Shown here piece by piece: positions 9,044 through 18,967 of a DNA stretch of 64,000 nucleotides. Position 1 is the stretch's first letter. Every line of letters starts with the position of its first letter. The DNA comes from Candidatus Binatia bacterium (lineage in GTDB: Bacteria; Desulfobacterota; Binatia; UBA9968): contig DASXUF010000105.1 of the NCBI GenBank assembly GCA_036504975.1, positions 67,728 to 131,727 of the forward strand. Reading direction: 5' to 3'. A program made the position numbers and the translations under genes. The notes below the pieces were generated by a model that was not told the origin of the DNA, searched no databases, and saw nothing but the letters and a program-made list of their open reading frames with translations.

Positions 9044-9940
9044 ATGATTAAAGGAGTCCTGGTTCCGCTCATCACTCCTTTCGATGAAAAAGAAAGAGTC
9101 GACGAGGGGATGATGCGGAAGCTCGTCGATTTCTACGTCAAAACCGCCGTGCAGGGCCTCTTCGTCCTGGGCTCGTCGGGGCAGGGCCCGGCCATGTCGA
9201 TCCCGGAGCGAAAAAAAGCCGCCGAGGTCGCGCTCGATCAGGCCGCATCAAAACTTCCCGTCATCATCCACGTCGGCACCGCCGACGCGGAGAGCACGGT
9301 CGAGCTGGCGGTTCATGCAGCGGACAAAGGCGCAGCCGCCGTCGGCGTCGTCCCGCCCTACTATTATTCGGACCACACCGAGTACGAGATCATCTCTCAT
9401 TACAAGTCGGTTGCAGCAGCCGTAAAGCTGCCGATTTACATTTACGAGAACCCGAAGTATTCGGGGATTTCCATTCCGCCGGATTTGGCCAAGCGGATGA
9501 AAGACGCGATTCCGACGATTCGCGGCATCAAGGTCGCCTATGGCCAGGGCGCTCTCCTGGAATACGTGCGCCTGTTTCCGCCGGATGTTTCCGTTTTCAC
9601 CGGGAACGCGGATCTCTTCGGCCTCGTCCCGTTCGGCCTCGCCGGCATGATCAATCCGCCGACGAGCTTTCTCCCGGAGCTGTGCGTCAGCTTGTGGCGC
9701 GCGCTCGACGAAAAACAATACGACAAAGCCGTCGAGATCCAGCAGCGCGTGAATACCGCGGCGCGTCTCGTCGGCGTCGCGCTGCGCCGCTACGGCCGGA
9801 GCGCGCTGGGCGAAATCTTCCGCATGCGCGGTTTCGCCGTCAAGCGCTTTCCCAAGTGGGACACAGAGCCGATGCCCAAAGAAGCGCGCGACGGACTGTT
9901 CAAAGAGCTGAAAGAATCCGGGCTGCTGCCGGAAGGGTGA
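9044..9940 (+). CDS. Dihydrodipicolinate synthase/N-acetylneuraminate lyase (DapA) family class I aldolase
   Basis: TPF...G, GSSGQG, YYYSDHT-type DapA-family motifs; 298 aa. Confidence 0.75.
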   Translation: MIKGVLVPLITPFDEKERVDEGMMRKLVDFYVKTAVQGLFVLGSSGQGPAMSIPERKKAAEVALDQAASKLPVIIHVGTADAESTVELAVHAADKGAAAVGVVPPYYYSDHTEYEIISHYKSVAAAVKLPIYIYENPKYSGISIPPDLAKRMKDAIPTIRGIKVAYGQGALLEYVRLFPPDVSVFTGNADLFGLVPFGLAGMINPPTSFLPELCVSLWRALDEKQYDKAVEIQQRVNTAARLVGVALRRYGRSALGEIFRMRGFAVKRFPKWDTEPMPKEARDGLFKELKESGLLPEG

Positions 9941-9967
9941 GAACAGCATGGCATGCCCGCACTTCGA

Positions 9968-10031
9968 CCCTTCGAGGGGGCTCAGGGCAGGCCCCCTCGA
10001 CAGCCTTTAGTCCCGAGCCTGTCGAGGGGTC
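9968..10031. repeat. GC-rich double-hairpin intergenic element (TCGAGGGGGC/GCCCCCTCGA and CCCCTCGACAGCC/AGCCTGTCGAGGGG)
   Basis: Perfect 10-bp stem with 9-nt loop plus a second 13-bp stem, between the dapA-like stop and the comD-like start. Confidence 0.5.
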
Positions 10032-10118
10032 AGTGCGAATGGGCAGGGAGCGCGCCGTTCGTGGTGAGCTTTGTCGAACCATGACGGCGCCTCTGCTCGG
10101 TTAAGGCTGGTTTTGTTT

Positions 10119-10625
10119 ATGGAGCAAAAACTCGCAAAACGGATCGTCAACGGCCTCAGCGAGGCCGGGATCGACTTCGTCACCTACTTGCCGGAAACCC
10201 GGCTGAGCCAGATTCTTCCCCTGATGCGGGAAGATTCCTCTTTTCAGCTCGCACCCGTCGCCAGCGAGGCCGAAGCCGTGACCATCGCGGCTGGCGCCGT
10301 CCTGGGCGGAAAGCAGGCGGCTTGTTACATCGAAAGCACCGGCGTCTATGTATCCTGCTACTCGCTCGTGACCGTCGGCAAGCAGTTGGGCGTGCCGCTG
10401 CTCTTGGTTGTCGGCTTTCTCGGCGGCTTTGCCGACCAGCGGAACAGTTTTCTCTATTCCACGATCGGCGCGCATGCCGTTCCAGTACTCGACGCGCTCG
10501 CGATCCCGCACGAAGTGATCGAAAGCGGCGAGGGCCTCGAAACCAAAATCAAGAACGCCGTGCGCAGCGCGAACGCCCTCAGGTCGCCGGCGGCGCTCGT
10601 CTTCGCGGGAGACTTCACGATATGA
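10119..10625 (+). CDS. Sulfopyruvate/phosphonopyruvate decarboxylase alpha-subunit-like (TPP enzyme N-terminal pyrimidine-binding domain, ComD-like)
   Basis: ~168 aa from ATG 10119; resembles TPP-enzyme Pyr domain; stop overlaps the next start (ATGA). Confidence 0.65.
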   Translation: MEQKLAKRIVNGLSEAGIDFVTYLPETRLSQILPLMREDSSFQLAPVASEAEAVTIAAGAVLGGKQAACYIESTGVYVSCYSLVTVGKQLGVPLLLVVGFLGGFADQRNSFLYSTIGAHAVPVLDALAIPHEVIESGEGLETKIKNAVRSANALRSPAALVFAGDFTI

Positions 10626-11224
10626 TCCGCTACGAATGTCTGGAGCTGATGGCGCCGCTGATGACCGACCATCTGGTCGTAACCTCGCAGAGCGGCCAGC
10701 GGATCGAATGGAGCCACCTCTCGAACCACGAGGGAAATCTTCTTCTCGGCATGATGGGCTGCGCGCTCGGCATCGGCACCGGCCTCGCCCTCGCCCTGCC
10801 ACATCGGAGAGTCGTCGTGCTGGAATCCGACGGCAGCATTCTGCTTTCGCTTTTCAATCTGCCGACGCTCGCGCGCTTGAATCCAGCGAATCTCAGCGTG
10901 TTCGTCTTCGATAACGGCGTCTACAGCGGCAGCCGCATCAGCGAGCCGACGGCGACCGCCGGACGAACCGACCTTGAAAAGGTCGCGAAAGGCGCGGGCA
11001 TCCGGCAGGCGATGACGATTCGCAACATCCGGGCATTTAAGAAGGCCGGCATTGCCGCGCTCAAGGGCAAAGGCCTGCGCTTCATCGTCTGCAAGGTCGA
11101 GGAGAGCCTCGTGCACAGGAAAATTCCGCGCCCGACGATCGACCTGGCGGAAAACAAATATCGCTTTGTCCGGTATCTCGAGCGAACCGAAGGCAAGGCC
11201 ATCCCGTTCGTGGGGCGAGGTTAA
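10622..11224 (+). CDS. Sulfopyruvate/phosphonopyruvate decarboxylase beta-subunit-like (TPP-binding domain, ComE-like)
   Basis: ~200 aa with GDG...N-type TPP-binding region (LESDGSILL...NGVYS); translationally coupled to 10119..10625. Confidence 0.65.
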   Translation: MIRYECLELMAPLMTDHLVVTSQSGQRIEWSHLSNHEGNLLLGMMGCALGIGTGLALALPHRRVVVLESDGSILLSLFNLPTLARLNPANLSVFVFDNGVYSGSRISEPTATAGRTDLEKVAKGAGIRQAMTIRNIRAFKKAGIAALKGKGLRFIVCKVEESLVHRKIPRPTIDLAENKYRFVRYLERTEGKAIPFVGRG

Positions 11225-11251
11225 CTATCGAGGTCGGGATATAAGCGACTG

Positions 11252-11340
11252 CCGTCCGCCCTTCGACAAGCTCGGGACGAACGGCTACATACCAGAAAAT
11301 TGAAAATTTCCGTTCATGCTGAGCCTGTCGAAGCATGAAG
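11252..11340. repeat. Paired-hairpin repeat element, copy 1 (CCGTCCGCCC-ttcgacaagctcg-GGACGAACGG, 22-nt spacer, TTCATGCT-gagcctgtcga-AGCATGAA)
   Basis: Same architecture and conserved loop TGAGCnTGTCGAA / its complement at 18968-19058 and 35153-35242. Confidence 0.6.
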
Positions 11341-11366
11341 TCGTAACCGGTTTGAAGGAGGCCGCG

Positions 11367-12413
11367 ATGTCGTTAAAAAGTTTAAAGGTCAAGGGTTACA
11401 GGGTCGCAGGGGCGTGTATTTTCATTGCACTATTTCACACGGCGTCCACGCTCGCGCAGGAATCCTTTTACAAGGACAAGACCATCCGCTTCGTCGTGGG
11501 TTATTCCGCGGGCGGCTCGTTCGATCTTTACAGCCGGCTGATCGCGCGCCACTTCGGCAAGCACGTGCCGGGGAATCCCACGGTGATCGTCGAGAACATG
11601 ACCGGCGCGGGCGGCATCATCGCGGCGAATTATATCTTCAACCAGGCGAAGTCCGACGGTCTCACCGTCGGCGCGTGGGCCGCGCCGCTGATCCTCCAGC
11701 ACATCATGGGCAACGAGGCAGCGAAGTTCGACGGCCGGAAGTTCGGCTATCTCGGCGTCCCCAGCCCCTACGACACGCTCTGCACTTTTAACGCCCAGAG
11801 CGGCATCAAGACGGCCGAGGATTGGTTTGCCGCCAAACGGCCGATGAAGATCTCTTCGATCGGGCCGGGCACGAGCACCTCCGATGTCCCGAAGCTTCTC
11901 CAGGTGGCCTTGGGATTGCCCATGCAGGTTGTCGAAGGTTACAAGGGCGGCGCCGACGCGCGCGTCGCCGTCGAGGCGGGCGAGGTGGACGGTTACTGCG
12001 GGTCGTGGCAGACGGTCAAGACAGTCTGGCGCGGCGCGTTCGAGTCGGGAAAAATACGGCCCGTCCTCCTCGCGACGCTGAAGCCCCATCCCGACTTGAA
12101 AGACGTTCCGCTGGCGATCAAATACGCCAAGACCGACGAGGCGCGCTTGCTGCTGAGGATCGCCGACAGCGCCCACGGCGCGCAGTTCCCCTACTCGGTT
12201 CCGCCCGGCGTGCCGAAAGATAGATTGCAAATTCTGCAGAAAGCGTTTCTCGACGCGCTCAAAGATCCCGAGCTGTTGGCCGAGGCGAAGAAGGCCGATC
12301 TGGATATCGACCCCATCGATGGACCGGCGACGGCGAAAACCTTTGCCGACCTCTACGAGATCGATCCCGCGACCGCGGCCAAGCTCAAAGCGATCCTCCT
12401 GCCGAAGAAATGA
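11367..12413 (+). CDS. Tripartite tricarboxylate transporter substrate-binding protein (TctC/Bug family), exported
   Basis: TIRFVVGYSAGGSFDLYSRLIARH...VIVENMTGAGG matches the Bug/TctC signature. ATG 11367 is preceded by GAAGGAG; signal-peptide-like N-terminus. Confidence 0.7.
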   Translation: MSLKSLKVKGYRVAGACIFIALFHTASTLAQESFYKDKTIRFVVGYSAGGSFDLYSRLIARHFGKHVPGNPTVIVENMTGAGGIIAANYIFNQAKSDGLTVGAWAAPLILQHIMGNEAAKFDGRKFGYLGVPSPYDTLCTFNAQSGIKTAEDWFAAKRPMKISSIGPGTSTSDVPKLLQVALGLPMQVVEGYKGGADARVAVEAGEVDGYCGSWQTVKTVWRGAFESGKIRPVLLATLKPHPDLKDVPLAIKYAKTDEARLLLRIADSAHGAQFPYSVPPGVPKDRLQILQKAFLDALKDPELLAEAKKADLDIDPIDGPATAKTFADLYEIDPATAAKLKAILLPKK

Positions 12414-12433
12414 TTACGAAGGCAGCAACACGC

Positions 12434-13414
12434 ATGAAAAGAATCTTTATCCTCGCACTACTGGTCGCGGCGGCCACGCTTTTCCGTCCCGGCAATCTCC
12501 TCGCCGCCGAAAGAGTGCGCATCGCTTACAGCTCGATCAGCGGCGCCATGGGACCGCTCTGGGCGGCGCACGACCTCGGTTTATTCAGCCGCCAGGGCTT
12601 GGACGTCCAGCTCCTTTACATAGGCGGCGGGTCGGTCGTCACGCAGGCGCTGATCGGCGGCGACGTGCAGTTCGTGCGCCTGGGCGCGAGCGCCGTGATA
12701 CAGGCCTCGCTCCGCGGCGCGAACTTGAAGATGATCGGCAACACAATCAACAGCCTGGTCTTCTCGCTCATGACGAAGCCGGAAATAAAAACACCCGGCG
12801 ACCTCAAAGGAAAAAAGATCGGCGTGACCCGTCTCGGCGGCTCCACCGATTTCGCTCTCGACCTGGCGCTGAAAAAATGGAATCTCCGCCGGGGACCGGA
12901 CGTCGCCGTGCTGCAGACCGGCGGCATGCCGCAACTTTTGGGCGCGATCACCGCCGGGAGCGTGGATGCCGGCGTGACCTCGCCGCCGACGAATCTCACG
13001 GCCGCGAAGATGGGACTCAAGGAGCTGGTGGACTTCGGCGATCTGCCGATTCAATACCCGAACTCGCCGCTGGCGACCACGCAGGCCTTCCTGGATAAAA
13101 ACCGCGAAGTCGCGCTACGCGTCGTGCGCGCTTATGCCGAGGGCATTCATCGGGTGAAGACGGATAGAGAGGCTGCGTTAAAGATCTTCGCCAAGTACAC
13201 CAAGGTGCAGGACGCGGAAATACTCGCGGAGCTTTATCGCATTTACGGCGTCAAGCACCTGGAAAAAATTCCTTACGTCAAACCCGAGGCGGTCGAGGAA
13301 GTGCTCAGGTCGGAAGTGAAGACGGGCGCGGCGGCGAAAGCGGCGGACTTCATCGACAATAGTCTCGTCGCCGATCTGGAGCGCGAAGGTTTGTTCCGCA
13401 AACTTTATAAATAG
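12434..13414 (+). CDS. NMT1/THI5-like (SsuA/TauA-type) periplasmic substrate-binding protein
   Basis: Signal peptide MKRIFILALLVAAATL; four paralogs in the window. Confidence 0.7.
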   Translation: MKRIFILALLVAAATLFRPGNLLAAERVRIAYSSISGAMGPLWAAHDLGLFSRQGLDVQLLYIGGGSVVTQALIGGDVQFVRLGASAVIQASLRGANLKMIGNTINSLVFSLMTKPEIKTPGDLKGKKIGVTRLGGSTDFALDLALKKWNLRRGPDVAVLQTGGMPQLLGAITAGSVDAGVTSPPTNLTAAKMGLKELVDFGDLPIQYPNSPLATTQAFLDKNREVALRVVRAYAEGIHRVKTDREAALKIFAKYTKVQDAEILAELYRIYGVKHLEKIPYVKPEAVEEVLRSEVKTGAAAKAADFIDNSLVADLEREGLFRKLYK

Positions 13415-13422
13415 GAGATAGC

Positions 13423-14862
13423 ATGAGTTATCGTGATCTCAGAGAATGGCTGAAACAGGTAGACGACTTCGGCGAGCTCCGGACCGTCGAAGGCGCGGAT
13501 TGGGACCTGGAGATCGGCGCGATCACCGAGATGGCGCGGAAAGAATCGAAGACCGCGCCGTGCATCGTGTTCGACTCCGTCAAGGGTTACCCCAAAGGCC
13601 ATCGCCTGGCCGTGGGTCTTTTGAACTCGATCAAGCGCGTCGCGCTGACGACGGACATGGCGCTCGATCTGCCGCCGATGGAATTCGTGCGCACGTGGCG
13701 CCAGCGCATCAAAGAGATGAAGCCGATCGCGCCGAACGTCGTCAAAGACGGCGACTTCATGGAAAACATCTGGGAGGAAAAAGACGTCGACTTGCTCAGC
13801 TTCCCGACGCCGCGCTACAACGTCGGCGACGGGGGTCGCTACATCGGCACGGGGCATCTCACGATCAGCCGCGACCCGGACGAAGGATGGGTCAACCTCG
13901 GGACTTATCGAATAATGATCCACGACGAGAAAAACCTCGGACTCTATATCTCGCCCGGCCGCCACGGGCGCATTCAAATGGAGAAGTACTTCGCCCAGAA
14001 CCGCCCGTTTCCCGTCGCCGTCGCGATCGGCTACGATCCGCTGATTTTCATGGCGTCGGCGTTCGAGGTGCCTTACGGCCTCTCGGAGTACGATTTCGCG
14101 GGCGGGCTGAGAGGAGAGCCGATCGACGTCGTCCGCCTCGAGCGCACCGGCCTCCCGGTGCCGGCGACGGCGGAGCTCGTCATCGAAGGCGAATGTCTGC
14201 CGTCGGACCAAAAGGCGGAAGGGCCGTTGGGAGAATGGACCGGCTATTACGCCAGCTCGGTGCGCGAAGAGCCGGTGCTGCGCGTGAAGCGGGTTTATTT
14301 CCGCGACCATCCGATCATGACCGGCGCGCCGCCGAGCCGGCCGCCGACCGAGGCGACGTTTTACAAAAGCTTCTGGCGCTCGGCGATGATCTGGGACGAG
14401 TTGGAAAAAGCCGGCGTTCCCGATATCGCCGGGGTGTGGTGCCCGCCGGAAGGCAACACGCGGCTTCTCACCGTGGTCGCGATCAAGCAGCGCTATCCCG
14501 GCCACGCGCGCCAGGCCGGCGTGCTCGCGTCGCAGGTGCACGCGGCGGCGTATCTCGGCCGCTTCACGGTCGTCGTCGACGAGGACATCGACCCCTGCGA
14601 CATGAAAGACGTGATCTGGGCGATGACGACGCGCTGCGATCCGATCGAGGACATCGAGATCCTCAGGCGCTGCTGGAGCAGTCCGCTCGACCCGATCCTC
14701 CCCAAAGACAAAAAGAGCAGGAACGCCAGCTCCAATTCGAGGGCGATCATCGACGCGTGCCGGCCGTACGAATGGATCAAGGATTTTCCCCAGTCGGTGA
14801 AAGTTCCCGACGAGCTGGCGAAGCAGGTGCGGGAGAAGTGGGGCAAAAAAATTCTGGATTGA
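13423..14862 (+). CDS. UbiD-family decarboxylase (second copy)
   Basis: 479 aa; RBS AGGAGA; homologous throughout to 6106..7485. Confidence 0.8.
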   Translation: MSYRDLREWLKQVDDFGELRTVEGADWDLEIGAITEMARKESKTAPCIVFDSVKGYPKGHRLAVGLLNSIKRVALTTDMALDLPPMEFVRTWRQRIKEMKPIAPNVVKDGDFMENIWEEKDVDLLSFPTPRYNVGDGGRYIGTGHLTISRDPDEGWVNLGTYRIMIHDEKNLGLYISPGRHGRIQMEKYFAQNRPFPVAVAIGYDPLIFMASAFEVPYGLSEYDFAGGLRGEPIDVVRLERTGLPVPATAELVIEGECLPSDQKAEGPLGEWTGYYASSVREEPVLRVKRVYFRDHPIMTGAPPSRPPTEATFYKSFWRSAMIWDELEKAGVPDIAGVWCPPEGNTRLLTVVAIKQRYPGHARQAGVLASQVHAAAYLGRFTVVVDEDIDPCDMKDVIWAMTTRCDPIEDIEILRRCWSSPLDPILPKDKKSRNASSNSRAIIDACRPYEWIKDFPQSVKVPDELAKQVREKWGKKILD

Positions 14863-14879
14863 CCGTGGGAGGATCGAAA

Positions 14880-15676
14880 ATGCGCCGCGCCATTGTTTCG
14901 CTCGCTTTCCTCGTCGCGCTCAGAGGGCTCGCCGATCCCGCGGCTCTCGCGCAGGAGCAGATCACGGTTTCCTATCCCGGACCCGCGATCTTTTTCCTTC
15001 CCACCGAGGTCGCCCGCCACCAGGGCCTCTTCAAGCGGCAAAACCTCGACGTCAAGCTCATCCTGACGAAGTCCGACGTGGACCGCGCGGCATTGGCCAG
15101 CGCCGAGATCGACTTTACCCTGCGGGGCGGCTCGACCGTTTTGTCCGCGGCGCGCGGCTTGCCGGTGCGGATGCTTTTCGTCGGCACGATCAAGCCCTTT
15201 TGGGCCTTGGTGGTCCGCCCCGAAGTCAACTCGGTCAAGGAGCTCAAAGGCAAGGTCATGGGAGTCGCGGGCTTGGCCGGAGCGCATCACATCACTACGA
15301 AAGCGATCCTCAAGCAAAACGGATTGGACCCGGATAAGGACGCGGTCTACAAGGTGCTCAACGTCGGCGCGCGCATTCCGGCGCTGCTCTCGGGCTCCAT
15401 GGACGCGGGATTGCTCGACTACAATGAAGCGTTCCTGGCCAAAAAGAACGGCTTCAAAATTTTGCTCAAGCGATCTACCAGCTCTCGGTCAACAACTTCA
15501 CCCTGGACGGCACGGTCGAAGAATCCGTATTGAAACCCGTCATCGATCAGCAACTGGCCGAATCGAAGATCAAGGAGGTGCCACTCTCTCAGCTCGCGGA
15601 TTTCTCACTGCTCCATCAGGTGCTCAAAGAGGGGCGCTGGGCGGGATTGCTCAGTCCACGCGCATCCTATCGATAA
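14880..15676 (+). pseudogene. NMT1/SsuA-like substrate-binding protein, degraded (frameshift near 15458-15465 plus internal deletion)
   Basis: N-terminal 193 aa in frame 0 (signal peptide + SBP core), SBP-like C-terminus continues in frame +2 to TAA 15674; ~60 aa shorter than paralogs. Confidence 0.5.
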
Positions 15677-15974
15677 TGTCATTGCCCCCGGTTCCTCAGG
15701 GACAAGCTTTCCAGCCAAGTCCTCGCTCCGCTCGGAATCTCAAATCTCAAATTACAGATCTCACATTGCAATTTAATGGAGGCAACAAGCCCGAGAGTGC
15801 GAGCTTGGAGGGCGAGATCACAGGGACATGCAGCGACACGGCAAGCCCGATGGATGGAGTTAGCATAATTGGGGCGGCCGGCGAGGGCGGCCCTCGAGGC
15901 AGAAAACTATTGATCTCGCCCGGAGGGCTCGCGCTCTCGGGCTGAGCGCAACAACGACGTAAACAGTCTCTTAA

Positions 15975-16949
15975 TTATTTTATGAACCCGCCGTCCTTCA
16001 GCTCGCGCAGGAAGCGCGTGTCGATCAAGTCCTCGGGCTTCAGCTCGCGAATTTTGGGATTTTTCTGGCCGAGATCGTCGAGCACGGTTTTGATCCCCGC
16101 CGTCGTCGGCATCGGATTGCTCAATAAAAAATTCTTGGTCAAGACATTGTGGTACTCTTCGATCTCGCTTTTATCTTTTAGCCCGCTATTTTTCTCGATC
16201 ACGGCGAAGGCCGCCGGCAGGTTGGTCTTGAACTGCCGGATGCCCTCCACGTAGGCCTTCATAAATTCCCGGATCAAATCGGGCCGTTTTTCGATGAGCG
16301 CGGCCGAAACGTAGAGCACTCCCTGCGGATATTCCGCGTCGATCTGCGAGAGATCGGCCAGAACCCTCAATCCCAATTTCTTCGCCCGCGGCGTCTGCGA
16401 CAGCGATAGAATTGAACCGTGAACTTTTCCCGAGGCGATCGCGGCCAGGCGCTCGGGCGAATTGCCCACTTGCAGAATCGTCACGTCTTTCACCGGCTCC
16501 AAGCCCCAGGATTTGAGCGCCAGGCGCGTGATGAAATCCGACCCCGAGCCGAACCGGCTGACCGCGACGGACTTGCCTTTTAGATCTTGCGGCTTGGCGA
16601 TCGACGGCGGCGTCACGAAGCTGTAGACGAATTTGTTGATCAGCGCGGAAATGATTTTAAGCGGGAAGCCCGCGAGATGGGCGCTTACGACCTCGTTCGA
16701 AGAGCCGCGGCCGAACTGAACGTCGCCGGCGACCATCGCCTGCACGACCGTCGAGCCGCCGGGGATGTAGACGATCTCCACGTCGAGACCGTATTTTTTG
16801 AAAAGTCCCAACTGCTTGGCCAGATGATGCACCTCCTCGCCCGAGCCGACGCCGCTGTAACCCAGCACGACCCGCTCGGCGGTGTACGCGGACGCCGCCG
16901 GAAGCAGAACCAGTGCGGCAGCCAAGAAGAAAATATTTCGCGCGCGCAT
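15975..16949 (-). CDS. NMT1/SsuA-like periplasmic substrate-binding protein
   Basis: Signal peptide MRARNIFFLAAALVLLPAASA; paralog of 12434..13414. Confidence 0.7.
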   Translation of the reverse strand: MRARNIFFLAAALVLLPAASAYTAERVVLGYSGVGSGEEVHHLAKQLGLFKKYGLDVEIVYIPGGSTVVQAMVAGDVQFGRGSSNEVVSAHLAGFPLKIISALINKFVYSFVTPPSIAKPQDLKGKSVAVSRFGSGSDFITRLALKSWGLEPVKDVTILQVGNSPERLAAIASGKVHGSILSLSQTPRAKKLGLRVLADLSQIDAEYPQGVLYVSAALIEKRPDLIREFMKAYVEGIRQFKTNLPAAFAVIEKNSGLKDKSEIEEYHNVLTKNFLLSNPMPTTAGIKTVLDDLGQKNPKIRELKPEDLIDTRFLRELKDGGFIK

Positions 16950-16959
16950 AGTGCCTCCT

Positions 16960-18042
16960 CTAGCGCCGGTACTTGGCCGGCGGCATGTTGAGTGGGATGC
17001 CGTCTTTTTTGAGCTCCTCTTCGAACATTCGCCGCACCTTCGGATCTTCGTCTTCGAGCTCGATCAGGTGACCGCCGCCGCCGGTGCTGACAAACAGCCG
17101 GTCGTAGTCCATGACCTGGAACTTTTGCCCGAATGGCTTGAAGGCGAGCATCTTGAGCGGCTCTTTGGCCGTGTTGAAATGCTGGTGAAACCACATGTGC
17201 GGCGGCGAGAACATGCTGAACGGTCCCCAATCGTAGCGTTCCATCTCCGACCCTTCGAGCCACATGAGCGAGTACCCCTTGCCTTCGAGCACCAAGATAT
17301 CCGCGCCGAGGCCGTGGCGGTGCGCCTTTTTATAGGCGCCGACCGGCGAGCGGGTGATGTGCGCCGAAATGATGTTGTCGCAGAACTCCAGCTCGACGTT
17401 GGTCGCGCCCGGGCCTTTCTTCGTCCAGTCGTGAAACTGGAGCTTCTCGATGTCGGCGATGAAGCTCGTGTCCCAGACGCGCCGCTGGGCGAGCGCCGTG
17501 CCCTTGCCGCTGAAGTAATCTTCCTCGCCGTGATAGCGGTCCAAAAACTGGTAGTTGTTGTTAAAAACGAAATCGTAGTTGTGGTATAAATTGAACACCG
17601 ACGGCGCGTTGGTATAGCCGATGTAGCGCACCGCTTCCTTTCCCTGGCCGTTGAAGTGCTGGTGCCAGGCGTTCAGCGGAATCGAGAACATCGAGCGCTC
17701 CTGCCATTCGAAGGTCTGCTTTTTCCCGTTGTCGAGCCACACGCTGGTCGCGCCGCGGCCCTTCAAGACGAAGATCATCTCCTCGAACATCTGCTTTTGC
17801 GGCTTCAAGCTTTCGCCCGGCGGAATCTCGCAGACGTAGGCCGCCGAATTGGGCGGCTCCTTGGGGTGGCCGAGGATGATATAGCAGCCCCGCCCGCCGC
17901 GGCGGCGCCAGGGCGCCAGCACGGTTTTTCTGATATCGTCGACGACGAAATTTCTGATGACGGGAAGCTCTTCCCATTCGAGAAACTGGTCGAAAGGAGT
18001 CGCGCCGTAAGTCTTAGGCGCAAATTCGCTTTGAGATTGCAT
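16960..18042 (-). CDS. Bicupin dioxygenase, gentisate/1-hydroxy-2-naphthoate 1,2-dioxygenase-like
   Basis: Two cupin metal motifs (WHQHFNG and AHRHGLGADILVLEGKG); 360 aa as in GDO-family bicupins. Confidence 0.65.
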   Translation of the reverse strand: MQSQSEFAPKTYGATPFDQFLEWEELPVIRNFVVDDIRKTVLAPWRRRGGRGCYIILGHPKEPPNSAAYVCEIPPGESLKPQKQMFEEMIFVLKGRGATSVWLDNGKKQTFEWQERSMFSIPLNAWHQHFNGQGKEAVRYIGYTNAPSVFNLYHNYDFVFNNNYQFLDRYHGEEDYFSGKGTALAQRRVWDTSFIADIEKLQFHDWTKKGPGATNVELEFCDNIISAHITRSPVGAYKKAHRHGLGADILVLEGKGYSLMWLEGSEMERYDWGPFSMFSPPHMWFHQHFNTAKEPLKMLAFKPFGQKFQVMDYDRLFVSTGGGGHLIELEDEDPKVRRMFEEELKKDGIPLNMPPAKYRR

Positions 18043-18057
18043 CGTTCCTCCCGTTGG

Positions 18058-18954
18058 TTATTGCAAAGTTCCGTTGTTAAACAGATGCCGCGCCCGGAAG
18101 CCGAGCATCGTCTCCGCCTTTTTCGTATCGTAGCCACACCAGTTGGCTTGTCCACGGGCCCTGATGGATTTCACCTTTGGCAGATAGCGCCGGATCAAAT
18201 CTTCCGTCGGCTCATCCATGATGGTCGTCGGCGCGCATACGTTGAATGCCTCGTGCCCCTGGAAGTCCGCCTGCAGCCCCAGGCGGCACGCCGTGGCCGC
18301 ATCACGGACATCGACGTAGCTCCACAGCGCGCCGGCGCCGCGAACGATCGGATTTTTCCGCCGCTCGGCGAGAACGCGCGCGCTCTCGCCGGCGTAAATG
18401 CCGGAAAAACGCAGGCTCGCTATCTGCACCTCCGCTTTGCGACCCAAAGAATCGCACATCGCCTCGCCGACGAGCTTCGACAGTCCGTACGGATCGTGCG
18501 GCCGGCACGGATGATCTTCATCCACGGGCAAGTAGTCCGGAACTGCCTCCATGGGGGGATAAAACAAACCGTACACCGCGAGGCTCGAGCCGGCGACGAT
18601 TTTTTTGGCGCCCGCGGCGATCGCCGCGGTAAGAACGTTGTAGGTCATGGCCGTGTTGTCGTTGAATCGCCGCGCGTCGCCGATGACGTCCGGAGTCTTC
18701 CACGTCCCGCTCGCGGGATCGAAGCCGTTCTCCGTGTAGGGGAATCGCCGCCGCGCCAGGTGAACGACGGCGTCGGCACCGGCAAAAATTTCTTGAAGGG
18801 ATTCAGCATTGCCGAGATCGGCGGCGACGAAGCGGCAGAGATTCTTCGCGGACTGTACAATGTCGGCGGTGAGAACGTCGAACCCGTACTGCAACAATTC
18901 TTGGATCGCGTATTGCCCAAGCCGGCCCGCGCCTCCCGTGACGACGACTTTCAT
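18058..18954 (-). CDS. NAD-dependent epimerase/dehydratase family (SDR extended) protein
   Basis: VVTGGAGRLG Rossmann start; paralog of 21573..22421. Confidence 0.75.
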   Translation of the reverse strand: MKVVVTGGAGRLGQYAIQELLQYGFDVLTADIVQSAKNLCRFVAADLGNAESLQEIFAGADAVVHLARRRFPYTENGFDPASGTWKTPDVIGDARRFNDNTAMTYNVLTAAIAAGAKKIVAGSSLAVYGLFYPPMEAVPDYLPVDEDHPCRPHDPYGLSKLVGEAMCDSLGRKAEVQIASLRFSGIYAGESARVLAERRKNPIVRGAGALWSYVDVRDAATACRLGLQADFQGHEAFNVCAPTTIMDEPTEDLIRRYLPKVKSIRARGQANWCGYDTKKAETMLGFRARHLFNNGTLQ

Positions 18955-18967
18955 TCCTCAAAATGCC

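Noticed and set aside
11316-11340. Recurring peptide MLSLSKHE as a conserved small protein or leader
   Set aside because: It is the translation of the paired-hairpin DNA repeat. It appears on both strands, in different frames, fused to unrelated ORFs.
13405-15533. Long ORFs 13405..14541 (-) and 13446..15533 (+)
   Set aside because: They overlap the well-supported UbiD-like gene in other frames and have Arg/Gly/Pro-rich translations typical of GC-rich off-frame reading.
15700-15960. Small Gly/Ser/Thr-rich peptide ORF (…LEGEITGTCSDTASPMDGVSIIGAAGEGG) as a RiPP precursor
   Set aside because: There is no adjacent maturase or modification enzyme, and the ORF lies in a junction region with simple repeats; not supported.
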